A stretch of DNA of 64,000 nt from Thermodesulfobacteriota bacterium (lineage in GTDB: Bacteria > Desulfobacterota > Desulfobulbia > Desulfobulbales > SURF-16): the NCBI GenBank assembly GCA_040755455.1, contig JBFMAY010000016.1, positions 16,199 through 80,198 of the forward strand, written 5' to 3'. Positions 50,865 through 60,762 of this stretch are shown here, piece after piece. A model generated the notes under the pieces. That model ran no database searches, had not been told where the DNA came from, and worked only from the letters and a program-made list of their open reading frames with translations. The stretch's first letter is position 1; every line of letters begins with the position of its first letter. The position numbers were made by a program, and so were the translations under genes.

Positions 50865-51455
50865 ATGAGAGTTTCAGATAAACACCAAAAAATTACTCAG
50901 GCTGCTGTAAAGGTTTTTGCTCGCAAAGGCTTTTTCAATGCTAGAATTTCAGATATTGCCAAAGAGGCCAAAGTGGCTGACGGGACAATTTATCTCTACT
51001 TCAACAACAAGTATGACATCCTGATTTCACTTTTTGAGGATGAGATCGGCAAAATCATCTTAAAGGTCAAGCTGCTCCTGGAAAATGAAACAGACCCCTT
51101 GAAAATGCTGGAAATTTATGCCATGCACCATCTCTCCCTTCTGCAGGATCAAAAGGAACTGGTGGAGGTGCTGCAAATGGAACTGAGGCAAAGCAACAAA
51201 TTCATCAAAGAATACCGCAACACAAAATTTATTGAATATATTGATATTGTTTCCGACATTGTCCACAAGGGGCAGAAATCAGGTCATTTCCGCCAGGAGA
51301 TTATGCCGGGGGTGGTGAAACGGGCCTTCTTCGGCGCACTTGACGAGATGTCCCGCCTGTGGTCCCTGTCAGCGAAACCCAAGTACACCCTGGAGGAAAC
51401 AGCCAGGCATATTACCGATATTTTTCTGCACGGCATTGTCGTGCGCACCAGCTGA
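50865..51455 (+). CDS. TetR/AcrR-family regulator (FadR/YsiA-like)
   Basis: VFARKGF, IAKEAKVADGTIYLYFNNK. Confidence 0.93.
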   Translation: MRVSDKHQKITQAAVKVFARKGFFNARISDIAKEAKVADGTIYLYFNNKYDILISLFEDEIGKIILKVKLLLENETDPLKMLEIYAMHHLSLLQDQKELVEVLQMELRQSNKFIKEYRNTKFIEYIDIVSDIVHKGQKSGHFRQEIMPGVVKRAFFGALDEMSRLWSLSAKPKYTLEETARHITDIFLHGIVVRTS

Positions 51456-51480
51456 TCATTTCCCCCTACTTCGTCCGCCG

Positions 51481-51507
51481 GACAGGGGCCACCGTCTTGC
51501 CCCTGTC
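51481..51507. terminator. Hairpin between convergent TetR gene and greA
   Basis: GACAGGGGC-N9-GCCCCTGTC. Confidence 0.55.
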
Positions 51508-51546
51508 TGATTCCAGCAATGCAGCAGATCTTTCCGCCTATCCATG

Positions 51547-52032
51547 CTAGGCATCAACTCCGCTTTTGATATCGATCACCTCAAGGGTCCGCACCCCTGA
51601 AGGTGTTTTGACCTCAAACTCATCACCAATTCTCTTGCCGATAATCGCCCTGCCCCACGGGGAATAAACGGAGATGCTGCCTTTTTTCACGTCCGCTTCC
51701 TCCGGACCTAAAAGCTGATAAACGATCTCCTGCCCGCTATCCAGATCCTCGATGGTGACCACCGAGCCAAAAACCGCCCGGTCACAGCTCACCGCAGAGC
51801 AGTCAATGATCTCAGCCCTGCCCAGCTTGTCCTTCAACTCCATGATCCTGCCTTCAATATGGCCCTGACGCTCCTTGGCGGCATGATATTCCGCGTTTTC
51901 CTTCAAATCTCCATGCCCGCGCGCCACCTCAATGGACTTGATCACCTCGAGCCGATCAACCCTTTGCAGGCGCAGCAGCTCTTCACGCAGACGGGCATGC
52001 CCGGTTTTTGACATTGGTACACGCTCAACCAT
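51547..52032 (-). CDS. greA: Transcription elongation factor GreA
   Basis: ARGHGDLKENAEYHAAKE, ISVYSPWGRAIIGK; RBS AGGAGG. Confidence 0.96.
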   Translation of the reverse strand: MVERVPMSKTGHARLREELLRLQRVDRLEVIKSIEVARGHGDLKENAEYHAAKERQGHIEGRIMELKDKLGRAEIIDCSAVSCDRAVFGSVVTIEDLDSGQEIVYQLLGPEEADVKKGSISVYSPWGRAIIGKRIGDEFEVKTPSGVRTLEVIDIKSGVDA

Positions 52033-52092
52033 TTATAAAACCTCCTAAGCCGGCTTCGCCGGTAATTTACTATCGGCAATACCTGAGTGTAT

Positions 52093-52122
52093 AAAAAAAG
52101 AAAGATCTCGCTTGAGATCTCC
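52093..52122 (-). terminator. Intrinsic terminator in the greA 5' region
   Basis: Minus strand: AGATCTC-AAGC-GAGATCT followed by TTCTTTTTTT. Confidence 0.65.
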
Positions 52123-52167
52123 GTCACCAACAGAATTTTTTGCCCAACGTGCTCTTATGACATGCCT

Positions 52168-55100
52168 CTACCAGCGGTAGATAGCTGATAACGTAATATC
52201 CCTGTCCCGGTATTCATCGGAATTCACCAGCCGCACAGCCGATTCCAGCATGAAGTTCCTGGTCAATTCAAGAAAAAAGCCACCCTTGACCGTCTGGATG
52301 ACATGCCCCTGGGAATCATAATCCAGCATGAATTCCGCACTATAATAACTTGGCGTCCCCCGCTCAAGGGTATCGGCGGACAATTTATGCTTCCACAAAA
52401 TATTATAACTGTTTTTCCAATAATTCGTCGGGGCCCAGTAGGGATGATCATAAGCGGAGAACCCATCCTCCAGCAGGAGACCGCCTCTGTCTCCTGCTTC
52501 CCGCGCATCCAGAAATTCATATTTAAACTTGAACTGCAGATAGGTTGGTTCAGGGAATATAATATAGGAGGCCCAAACTGAATAGCCCTTTACCTCATTA
52601 CCATCGGAATAATTTGTATAGCCATAGTCGCCGCCGGTGATCAATCGGGGCAGAATGCCGAGAAAGAGCCCTCCCTTGTAATTTTCAAAAACAATACTCC
52701 GGGTGAGACTGGCCAGGGTATCGGTGACCACGTCCCGTTCATAAGTGAATTCACCCTGGAGCCTGTCGCTTACTTTCCCCGTCAAACCGCATTCGATGAT
52801 TCCCGCATCATCAAACTCGCCGTCCGAAGACTCCAGGCCGCCGCCAAGCCGCAGGTCAAGCCGGTTGAAAATATTGGCATCATAGGCAATAACCGCCCTG
52901 TTTGCCATGATATCATCATCAGAATCAACATCACTGTACCTGATGCGCGCAAGCGACAGATCAACATCAGAACCAGGTTTGAGGGAGGCCCAGGAACCGA
53001 AATCCGCTGAATCCCTGCGCAGCGCCTTATAGCCGTCCCAGCCGTTCTCTTCCCGGTAATGATAGGTTAGACTGGCCCTGGGCATGCGTTTCAGCCTGTT
53101 GCGTTCGCTGGCCTCGGCAAGGCCGGGATAATCGGGGTCAACATGGGCGAGGCGCTGATAAAGCAGGGCCTCTTCCCCCAGTTTGCCCATTCTGCTGTAA
53201 ATGCCGGCCAGATCAAAAAGCAGTGATTCATCTTCCGGATACTTCTCGGCAAGCTGGGTAAGCAAATTGACCGCCTGAAAATCATCCCGCTGCGCAACCA
53301 GCTGCCGAGCGGCCATCTCAGCGGCAAATCTCTGCTGCCACATGTAACGCGAATAGAGAGAAACCGCAACCATGTTGACATCTTTCCGCCCGGGGGTTGC
53401 CAGGGAAGCCGGGCTCATGACCTGGTCAATAATCCGGTCGTGGCCGGTGCGGGATAAAGTCAGACGCTGCCAGAGGGACGGTTCCGGCTCTTGCGGCAAC
53501 TGCAGACCGGCGGCTGCGGACTGTTGCAGAAAAAGATCGCTGACTGAAGGGGTCAGATAATCCTCATAGATTTTAAACGAATTCTTCCAGTCCAGCTTCC
53601 GCCAGTAGACCCTTGCCTTGAGAAGTTCCATATCAGCCCGGTCGGGATAGCGGGCCAGCACCGCTTCACAGTAACTCAAGGCCTCCTGGTTAAATCCCAT
53701 GATAAAGGCAATCTTGGCTGCCAGAGCTTGAATGGCCTGATTTTCAGGATAATCACGCTGCAGGGAATTTATCAGATCACGGGCCTGGGCAAGCTGTCCC
53801 GAACTGCCGTAGGCCCGGGCAAGACAGAAAGAGGCGCTGAAAGAGTCCGGCCCCATCTCCCGGGCGGCATGGGCCGCTTGTGCCATCTGCGCCATATCGC
53901 CTGTTTCGTGAGACAATTTGGTCAGCATCAGCATTCTGCCCAGGTCCATGCCTGCCAGGGCAATGATCCTTTGATCGGCGCCGGCGGCAGCCTCCGCATC
54001 GCCCCGGGCCGCATGAATCTTCTTCACCAGCAGCAGGACGGGAAAATCAACGGGTTCCCGCTCAATAAGCGACAGGCATTGCTTTTCCGCCTCCTCATAC
54101 TCCTTCATGCCCAGGTAGGCCCTGGCGAGTTCAACAGTGGCCAGATCAGCCACCGGCACCCCCCGGTAATGCCCGGTTGCCCCTTGGTTTTTTATTTCGT
54201 TCCGCAGCTCCACTGCTTTGCGCATCGCCGCGGCATATTTCTCATCGGCATTGAACTGCCTGATCATCATCAGCTTGCGCAGAAAATCCCGGTCATTTTC
54301 CGCCCCGTCCTGCCGGGCCAGAGGATCCAGGGCACGCATCTGGGCAAGCCAGACTCCGGCCTCATCGGAAAGTCCCCTGCCCAACTGAAGATCGACCAGA
54401 CGGGCCAGCACCTCGGCCTGCCGGTCAGCATCGGCAAAAAAGGCATGGCGCAGTGCCTGTTCCGCCTCATAAAAAAGGCCCTGCAGCTCATAAGAGGCGG
54501 CAAGTTCAACATATGCCTGGCAGCGCAGCCCCCTATCAAGGGCGGCATCAGCCGTCATTTCCTGATAGATGGAATGGGCCCGGTCAAAATCACAGCCGTC
54601 CCGGAAGGCATTGGCGATTGACAGCCGCTCCTGCGGGCTGACCGCAGCATGCTCGAGGGCAGCATAATGTCCGCGGGCCTGGGTCAGCTTGCCGAGAGAG
54701 GCGGCAAGCAGCAGGGTTTTGAGACGAAGATCGGTTCTTTCAGTCTGGCTCTGCAGCGCAGCCTCATAATCCCCGAGGGCATGGTCGGCCATCTGCAGCG
54801 CCTCGAATATCCGGGCGCGCATCAAAAGCAGATCGGCAGCCCGCAGCTCTTTGGCGGCAACATCCTGAAAAACGGCTTCCCCTTTTTTGATCCGGCCCGT
54901 GGCAATGAAAGAGGATGCCAGACGCAGGGTCACCTCCGCGTCGTCCGGTTCAAGCCTATGGAGCTGCGTGAGCACATCATGCAGCTCATCCGGGCGGTCG
55001 AGCCGCAAAAGAAGATCCAGCATTAAATGATAAATGGATTTGTTGTCCGGCGAAACAGCGGCGAGATGGCTCCAAGTCTTAAGCGCCTCCTCGTCTTCTC

Positions 55101-56310
55101 CTATGGCCAGCAGATCCTGGGCCAGAATCCCGAGGATTTCAGGGTCATTCGGGTTGCGGGCCAGCAGGCGCCGGTAAATGGCGACGGCGTCCTGATAACG
55201 GCCGGCTTCATCATAAAGCCGGCCGGCCCGCCGGAGATGGCCCAAGGAGGGATTAGGCTCAACCTGAAAATAACGGTCCAGGGCCGTCAGGGTTCCCGGC
55301 TCATTGCCCAAGGCGGCATTGATATTCACCAACTGGCGGCTGACCTCCTTATCATGGGGGAAAAGCTTGAGATACTTTTCATAGTAAGGCAGGGCCTGGG
55401 CCGGCTCCCTGATTTTCAGATAACAGCCGCCGGTGCGGACAAGAATGTCCGGATCTTCTCCATCTCTTTCCAGCAGAAAAAGCAGATGGGCGAGCGCCTC
55501 GCCACAGTTGCCCCTTTCTTCCAGATGGGCGGCCAGCCAGGCGTGGGCGCTCTCCTCTGCCGGCGATTTATCCAGCAGCCGGCGCCAGTAACGTTCCGCC
55601 AGATTATCCTGGCCCAACTCCGCGCAAATTCTGGCGGCAACTCTGAGATTGGTGAGGGAGGCGTTCCTTCTGTCCGCCAGCTGCACGGCCAGGGGCCGCG
55701 CCCGGTCGTAAAGATGCAGCTGGTCATAGATATGGACCAGTTTCTCCCCCAAGGCCGCATCATCGGTTCGGCGGGCGTAAAGGCGTTCCAGATAAGGCAG
55801 GGCATCCTGCGGTTGCCCCAGGCTTAACAGGCTCTCGCCCATGCCGGTCAAGGTGATGAGGTTTTCCGGCTCAACCCGTGCCGCCTGGGCAAAAAGCTCA
55901 ACGGCGCGATCAAAGCGCCCCGTCTCCTGCATGGCATAGCCAAGCCCGTTGAGATAGTCGACCTGCTCGGGAAACTCCTCAAGCAGCATTTCAAGAAGCA
56001 CAGCCGCCCGGTCGAATTCATGCTGCACCAGAAGGATGGAAGCCATCTCCCAGCGTGGCTGGACCGCATCCTTTTTGCTCCTGAAAAAAAGCTCATACTG
56101 ACTGAGGGCCGCCGGATAATCACCGTCCCGGGCCAGTCTCCGGGCATTCTGCCAGAGAGAAACCCATGGGGGGCCGCTTTCCTGGGAGAGAATGACTGTC
56201 GGTTGGGGCAGCGCGGGGGATGCATAGAAATCTCCCAAGGTAACCGCCTGACAAACAGCGGTTGAACTGAGCAGGGCTGAGCAACAAAACAGGAGAGAGA
56301 TTCTGTTCAT
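52168..56310 (-). CDS. Large TPR-repeat protein with C-terminal outer-membrane beta-barrel (PgaA/BcsC-like architecture)
   Basis: Signal peptide; about 1000 aa of TPR-like helical repeats; C-terminal ~300 aa of alternating beta-strands with YWAP and terminal SAIYRW. Confidence 0.78.
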   Translation of the reverse strand: MNRISLLFCCSALLSSTAVCQAVTLGDFYASPALPQPTVILSQESGPPWVSLWQNARRLARDGDYPAALSQYELFFRSKKDAVQPRWEMASILLVQHEFDRAAVLLEMLLEEFPEQVDYLNGLGYAMQETGRFDRAVELFAQAARVEPENLITLTGMGESLLSLGQPQDALPYLERLYARRTDDAALGEKLVHIYDQLHLYDRARPLAVQLADRRNASLTNLRVAARICAELGQDNLAERYWRRLLDKSPAEESAHAWLAAHLEERGNCGEALAHLLFLLERDGEDPDILVRTGGCYLKIREPAQALPYYEKYLKLFPHDKEVSRQLVNINAALGNEPGTLTALDRYFQVEPNPSLGHLRRAGRLYDEAGRYQDAVAIYRRLLARNPNDPEILGILAQDLLAIGEDEEALKTWSHLAAVSPDNKSIYHLMLDLLLRLDRPDELHDVLTQLHRLEPDDAEVTLRLASSFIATGRIKKGEAVFQDVAAKELRAADLLLMRARIFEALQMADHALGDYEAALQSQTERTDLRLKTLLLAASLGKLTQARGHYAALEHAAVSPQERLSIANAFRDGCDFDRAHSIYQEMTADAALDRGLRCQAYVELAASYELQGLFYEAEQALRHAFFADADRQAEVLARLVDLQLGRGLSDEAGVWLAQMRALDPLARQDGAENDRDFLRKLMMIRQFNADEKYAAAMRKAVELRNEIKNQGATGHYRGVPVADLATVELARAYLGMKEYEEAEKQCLSLIEREPVDFPVLLLVKKIHAARGDAEAAAGADQRIIALAGMDLGRMLMLTKLSHETGDMAQMAQAAHAAREMGPDSFSASFCLARAYGSSGQLAQARDLINSLQRDYPENQAIQALAAKIAFIMGFNQEALSYCEAVLARYPDRADMELLKARVYWRKLDWKNSFKIYEDYLTPSVSDLFLQQSAAAGLQLPQEPEPSLWQRLTLSRTGHDRIIDQVMSPASLATPGRKDVNMVAVSLYSRYMWQQRFAAEMAARQLVAQRDDFQAVNLLTQLAEKYPEDESLLFDLAGIYSRMGKLGEEALLYQRLAHVDPDYPGLAEASERNRLKRMPRASLTYHYREENGWDGYKALRRDSADFGSWASLKPGSDVDLSLARIRYSDVDSDDDIMANRAVIAYDANIFNRLDLRLGGGLESSDGEFDDAGIIECGLTGKVSDRLQGEFTYERDVVTDTLASLTRSIVFENYKGGLFLGILPRLITGGDYGYTNYSDGNEVKGYSVWASYIIFPEPTYLQFKFKYEFLDAREAGDRGGLLLEDGFSAYDHPYWAPTNYWKNSYNILWKHKLSADTLERGTPSYYSAEFMLDYDSQGHVIQTVKGGFFLELTRNFMLESAVRLVNSDEYRDRDITLSAIYRW

Positions 56311-56330
56311 CAGTAAGCTTTAATGACCTG

Positions 56331-57518
56331 TCATTTCTTATAAAAAGCGCGGATCCGCTCTACTACATACTCCTGCATGTCCGAAGTAAGCTCCGGATAG
56401 ATAGGCAGGGCCAGGGTCTCAGCGGCAGCCTTTTCCGCCTCCGGCAAGGAAAGGCGGCTGGCCGCCAGGGTGGAGATACACTTCTGCTTATGCAACGGGA
56501 TGGGATAATAGACAGCCACGCCGATTGATTGTTCCTGGAGATAACTGCGCAGGGCATCCCGGTCTTGCACCCGGATGACATACTGGTTGTAAATATGGTA
56601 ATCAACGCCTTGTTGTGCCGCTGCAGCCTCCTGATAGACGGCCTGCGGGCACGCGACATGGCCGGCCTCGACAAGACCCGCCTCTTTGAAGAGCGCATGA
56701 TAGAGGGTGGCGTTCTGCCTTCTGGCGGCATGCCATCTGGACAGATGCTGCAGTTTGACATTTAAAATCGCCGCCTGCAGGGCATCCAGCCGGAAATTTC
56801 CGCCGACCACCGCATGATCATATCTGCTGACATCGCCATGCACCCGGATAAGCCGCAGATCCTTGGCCATCTTTTCGCTGTCGGTGACGGCCATTCCCCC
56901 GTCCCCCATGCCGCCCAGATTCTTGCTGGGGAAAAAGGAAAAGCAGCCGCACGCCCCCATGCCGCCCGCCTTCCGCCATTGCAGCGCGCCGTCTACCGGC
57001 ATGGGATAGGATGAACCGATTGCCTGGGCCGCGTCTTCCACCACCGGGATATGCAATTCGCCGGCCATTTTCAACAGAGGCGCCATATCCGCGCACTGCC
57101 CGAAAAGATGAACCGGCAGGATCGCCTTCAGTTTCGAGGCAAGGGACGAATCAGAGAGCAGTTTTGCGACCTGGGCCGGATCAATATTATAGGTGCCCGG
57201 ATCAATATCGGCAAACACCGGCTGGGCGCCCAGGCGGAGAATGCTGCCCATGGTGGCAAAAAAGCTGTAGGGGGTGGTGAGCACCAGATCATCACGGCCG
57301 ACCCCCAGGGCCATGAGACCGGCAAGCAGGGCATCAGTTCCGCTGGAAACGCCGACGGCGAATTTGGTCCCGCAGTAATCCGCCATGTTCTTTTCAAACA
57401 ACTCGATCTGCGGCCCCATGATGTAACAGGTTGAATCAACGGTGGCGGTAATGGCCGCCATGATCTCATCACGGATCGGATCGAGTTGCGCTTTCAGGTC
57501 AAGTAAGGGGATATTCAT
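56331..57518 (-). CDS. DegT/DnrJ/EryC1/StrS aminotransferase
   Basis: VSSGTDAL, PVHLFGQ, EDAAQA, FSFFPSKNLG, NFRLDALQAA. Confidence 0.95.
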   Translation of the reverse strand: MNIPLLDLKAQLDPIRDEIMAAITATVDSTCYIMGPQIELFEKNMADYCGTKFAVGVSSGTDALLAGLMALGVGRDDLVLTTPYSFFATMGSILRLGAQPVFADIDPGTYNIDPAQVAKLLSDSSLASKLKAILPVHLFGQCADMAPLLKMAGELHIPVVEDAAQAIGSSYPMPVDGALQWRKAGGMGACGCFSFFPSKNLGGMGDGGMAVTDSEKMAKDLRLIRVHGDVSRYDHAVVGGNFRLDALQAAILNVKLQHLSRWHAARRQNATLYHALFKEAGLVEAGHVACPQAVYQEAAAAQQGVDYHIYNQYVIRVQDRDALRSYLQEQSIGVAVYYPIPLHKQKCISTLAASRLSLPEAEKAAAETLALPIYPELTSDMQEYVVERIRAFYKK

Positions 57519-57688
57519 AGGTCAGTGAGTTACATTGGTTAATTTATTAGTCATTTAGAAGCCGTTACGAAATAATCTCTTCATTTTTGCGCATTTCGCA
57601 GCAGCTCCTTATGCCATCTCCGACATTCGGACGACAATATTATTTTTTTCACCGGCTTTCACCGCCGGGCAGGTCCCGCCGGAACCGA

Positions 57689-58660
57689 TCAAATCTGCCA
57701 CTGCTTATATACATGTTCCAAGAAAATTTGAATATCAGGAAGTTCCTGCTCAAGATATTTTTTCATTTTTTTCAGCAAATTCGCTTCAATCTGCCGGACG
57801 CGCTCCCTGGAGATGCCGAACTGATCGGCAATGTCCTGCAGGGTAAGCGGTTCGTCACTGAGCAGCCGTGCCCCCAGAATCGTTTTCTCCTTTTCATTTA
57901 AAATGTCCTGAAGTTTATCCAGAATTTCGGCCATCCGTTCCTTGATCTCAATATCGGCAACCAGCTCCTCCACGGATGGGCTGACGTCCGGCAGAAAATT
58001 CTTCTGCTCATCATCGGAATCCTCCCGCACCGGGCTCTCCAGGGACACATCCCAGTTATCCATGCGCTGGGACATCTCGATCACTTCGCTTTCCTTGACC
58101 CCCAGCCTTTCGGCCAGCAGTTTGGTTTCCGGCTTGAACCCCTGGGATTCCAGCAGCTTCTTTTCCTTGTTGAGACTGAAAAACAGCTTGCGCTGGGCCT
58201 GGGTGGTGCCGATCTTCACCAGCCGCCAGTTATCCATGATGAACTTGAGGATATAGGCGCGAATCCAATAGGCAGCATAATAGGAGAATTTGACGCCCCG
58301 ATAGGGATCAAACTTCTTGACGGCCTGCACCAGTCCCACGTTGCCTTCCTGGATAAGATCGAGAAAATTCTGCATCCAATACTTCTGGAAATCCATGGCT
58401 ACCTTGACCACCAGGCGCAGATTGGCCGTCACCAGTTGATAAGCGTCCTCAGGATCATGAGTTTGGTGGAAACGCATGGCCAGCTCCTCGGTCTCTTCCC
58501 TGGTCAGGAGCCTGTGCTGGTTGATTTCCTGCAGATAGCGATGCAGACCGGGATGGCTGAGCGCCGGCAGATGCTTGTCATCCGACAGGGCCAGCAGCGG
58601 ATGAAAGGTCTGTTCATCGGAGTTCTCTATGTCGATTTCGATTTCGCTTTCTTTTGTCAT
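57689..58660 (-). CDS. rpoH: RNA polymerase sigma-32-family factor
   Basis: NLRLVV, DLIQEGNVGL, RpoH box TTQAQRKLFFSL, ISRERVRQIE. Confidence 0.9.
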   Translation of the reverse strand: MTKESEIEIDIENSDEQTFHPLLALSDDKHLPALSHPGLHRYLQEINQHRLLTREETEELAMRFHQTHDPEDAYQLVTANLRLVVKVAMDFQKYWMQNFLDLIQEGNVGLVQAVKKFDPYRGVKFSYYAAYWIRAYILKFIMDNWRLVKIGTTQAQRKLFFSLNKEKKLLESQGFKPETKLLAERLGVKESEVIEMSQRMDNWDVSLESPVREDSDDEQKNFLPDVSPSVEELVADIEIKERMAEILDKLQDILNEKEKTILGARLLSDEPLTLQDIADQFGISRERVRQIEANLLKKMKKYLEQELPDIQIFLEHVYKQWQI

Positions 58661-58699
58661 GATTGTATTCTAGAGTGAAGCTCGGTTTCTGTTTCTCTC

Positions 58700-58728
58700 T
58701 TGACAAGCAGAAGCCTCCACTTTATATC
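58700..58728 (+). promoter_or_regulatory. Probable sigma70 promoter for lepA
   Basis: TTGACA (58700-05) followed 16-17 nt later by TTATAT/TATATC. Confidence 0.45.
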
Positions 58729-58842
58729 CACCTATTTTATACACAATGTCTACAGTTCTCTACCTATTCTGATAGGTAAAAGATAAAAAACTTACATCAT
58801 TTCAGAAAATTCCGCCAGCAAAACAGAGGTAGTCAGTTACGC

Positions 58843-60645
58843 ATGCAGCAAAAAAATATCCGAAATTTCAGCATAATCGCCCACATTGACCACGGCAAAT
58901 CGACCCTGGCAGACAGACTTATCCAGCTATGCGGCATGGTGAGCGACCGGGAATTCAAAGACCAGTTGCTGGACAACATGGATATCGAGAGGGAGCGGGG
59001 CATCACCATCAAAAGCCAGACCATCTGCCTTCCTTACAAGGCCAAGGACGGCAAGGAATATATGCTCAACCTGGTTGACACGCCGGGTCATGTCGATTTC
59101 AGCTACGAGGTTTCCCGGGCGCTCTCTTCCTGCGAAGGGGCGCTGCTGCTCATTGACGCGGCCCAGGGCGTGCAGGCGCAGACTTTGGCCAATCTCTATC
59201 TGGCCATGGAAAACAATCTGGAGATCATTCCGGTCATCAACAAGATAGATTTGCCCGCCGCCGATCCGGAAGCGGTGGCCATGCAGATAGAGGAGGATCT
59301 CGGCCTTGACCCGGAAGCCATCCAGATGTGCTCGGCCAAAACAGGCAAAGGGGTTGACGCTATTCTGGAGGCGATTGTCAAGCTGCTGCCGCCGCCGGAA
59401 GGAGACCCGGACGCCCCCCTGCAGGCCCTCATCTTTGATGCCCACTATGATCCGTTCCGAGGCACGGTTATCTCCTGCCGTCTCATCAACGGCCGCATCA
59501 AGGCCGGCGACACCATCATGTTCATGTCAAACAGGGCGGCCTACAAGGTCGACGAGGTCGGGCTGTTCCAGCTTGAGCGCATCCCCCGCAAGGAACTGCT
59601 GGCAGGACAGGTCGGCTATATCCTCGCCGGCATCAAAACAGTGGGCGACACCAGGGCGGGCGACACCATCACCTTGAAGGACAATCCCTGCCGGGAGGCC
59701 CTTCCCGGCTTCAAGGAGATCCAGCAGGTGGTCTTTTCGTCCCTTTACCCTATCTCCACCGACGAATATGAAAACCTGGCCGCGGCCATGGAAAAACTCA
59801 CCCTCAATGACGCCTCGCTGAGTTACCAGAAGGATTCATCCACGGCGTTGGGCTTCGGCTTCCGCTGCGGCTTCCTCGGCCTGCTCCACCTGGAGGTCAT
59901 CCAGGAAAGACTGGAAAGGGAATTTGATATCCCTCTCATTCTCACCGTCCCCTCGGTCTGCTATCATTTCTACCTTACGGACGGCACCATGCGCGAGGTG
60001 GACAACCCGGCCTATTTCCCCGATCCGGCCGCCATTGTCCGCACCGAGGAGCCTTTCATCAAGGCGACCATTCATATGCCGGAACGCTACATGGGCGCGA
60101 TCATGACCCTGTGCATGGAAAGACGGGGCGAGAACACCCACTACCATTACCCCATGCCGGGCAGGATTGAATTCACCTGCGAACTGCCGCTGGCGGAAGT
60201 GATCTATGACTTCTATGACCGCCTCAAGTCAATCACGCAAGGCTACGGCTCCTTTGATTACTCCCTGATCGATTACCGGCCCAGCGACCTGGTCAAGCTT
60301 GACATTCTCGTCAACGGTGAAAAGGTGGACGCCCTCTCCCAGCTCGTGCACCGCAGCAAGGCCAGGGAACGGGCACTGCACGCCTGCGAGCGGCTGAAAG
60401 AGGAAATCCCGCGCCAGATGTTCAAGATCGCCATCCAGGGGGCCATCGGCGGCAACATCATTGCCAGGGAGACCATTTCCGCCCTGCGCAAGGATGTTAC
60501 GGCCAAATGTTACGGCGGCGATATCAGCAGAAAACGTAAACTGCTGGAAAAACAAAAAGCAGGCAAAAAACGGATGAAAACCGTGGGCAACGTAGATATT
60601 CCTCAGAGCGCCTTTCTGGCGGTCCTCAAATCCGAGGAGAGATAA
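58843..60645 (+). CDS. lepA: Elongation factor 4 (LepA)
   Basis: [44 protein letters not shown]. Confidence 0.98.
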   Translation: MQQKNIRNFSIIAHIDHGKSTLADRLIQLCGMVSDREFKDQLLDNMDIERERGITIKSQTICLPYKAKDGKEYMLNLVDTPGHVDFSYEVSRALSSCEGALLLIDAAQGVQAQTLANLYLAMENNLEIIPVINKIDLPAADPEAVAMQIEEDLGLDPEAIQMCSAKTGKGVDAILEAIVKLLPPPEGDPDAPLQALIFDAHYDPFRGTVISCRLINGRIKAGDTIMFMSNRAAYKVDEVGLFQLERIPRKELLAGQVGYILAGIKTVGDTRAGDTITLKDNPCREALPGFKEIQQVVFSSLYPISTDEYENLAAAMEKLTLNDASLSYQKDSSTALGFGFRCGFLGLLHLEVIQERLEREFDIPLILTVPSVCYHFYLTDGTMREVDNPAYFPDPAAIVRTEEPFIKATIHMPERYMGAIMTLCMERRGENTHYHYPMPGRIEFTCELPLAEVIYDFYDRLKSITQGYGSFDYSLIDYRPSDLVKLDILVNGEKVDALSQLVHRSKARERALHACERLKEEIPRQMFKIAIQGAIGGNIIARETISALRKDVTAKCYGGDISRKRKLLEKQKAGKKRMKTVGNVDIPQSAFLAVLKSEER

Positions 60646-60762
60646 GTGAACGGATAACCGCGGCGTGGACGGAGAAAACGGCATTTTTATATTTTCTCTG
60701 CCCATTTGCTGAGTTACGATCTCTTCTCCCGGTATTTCGCATAACCCTCCGGCAAGGAAGAT

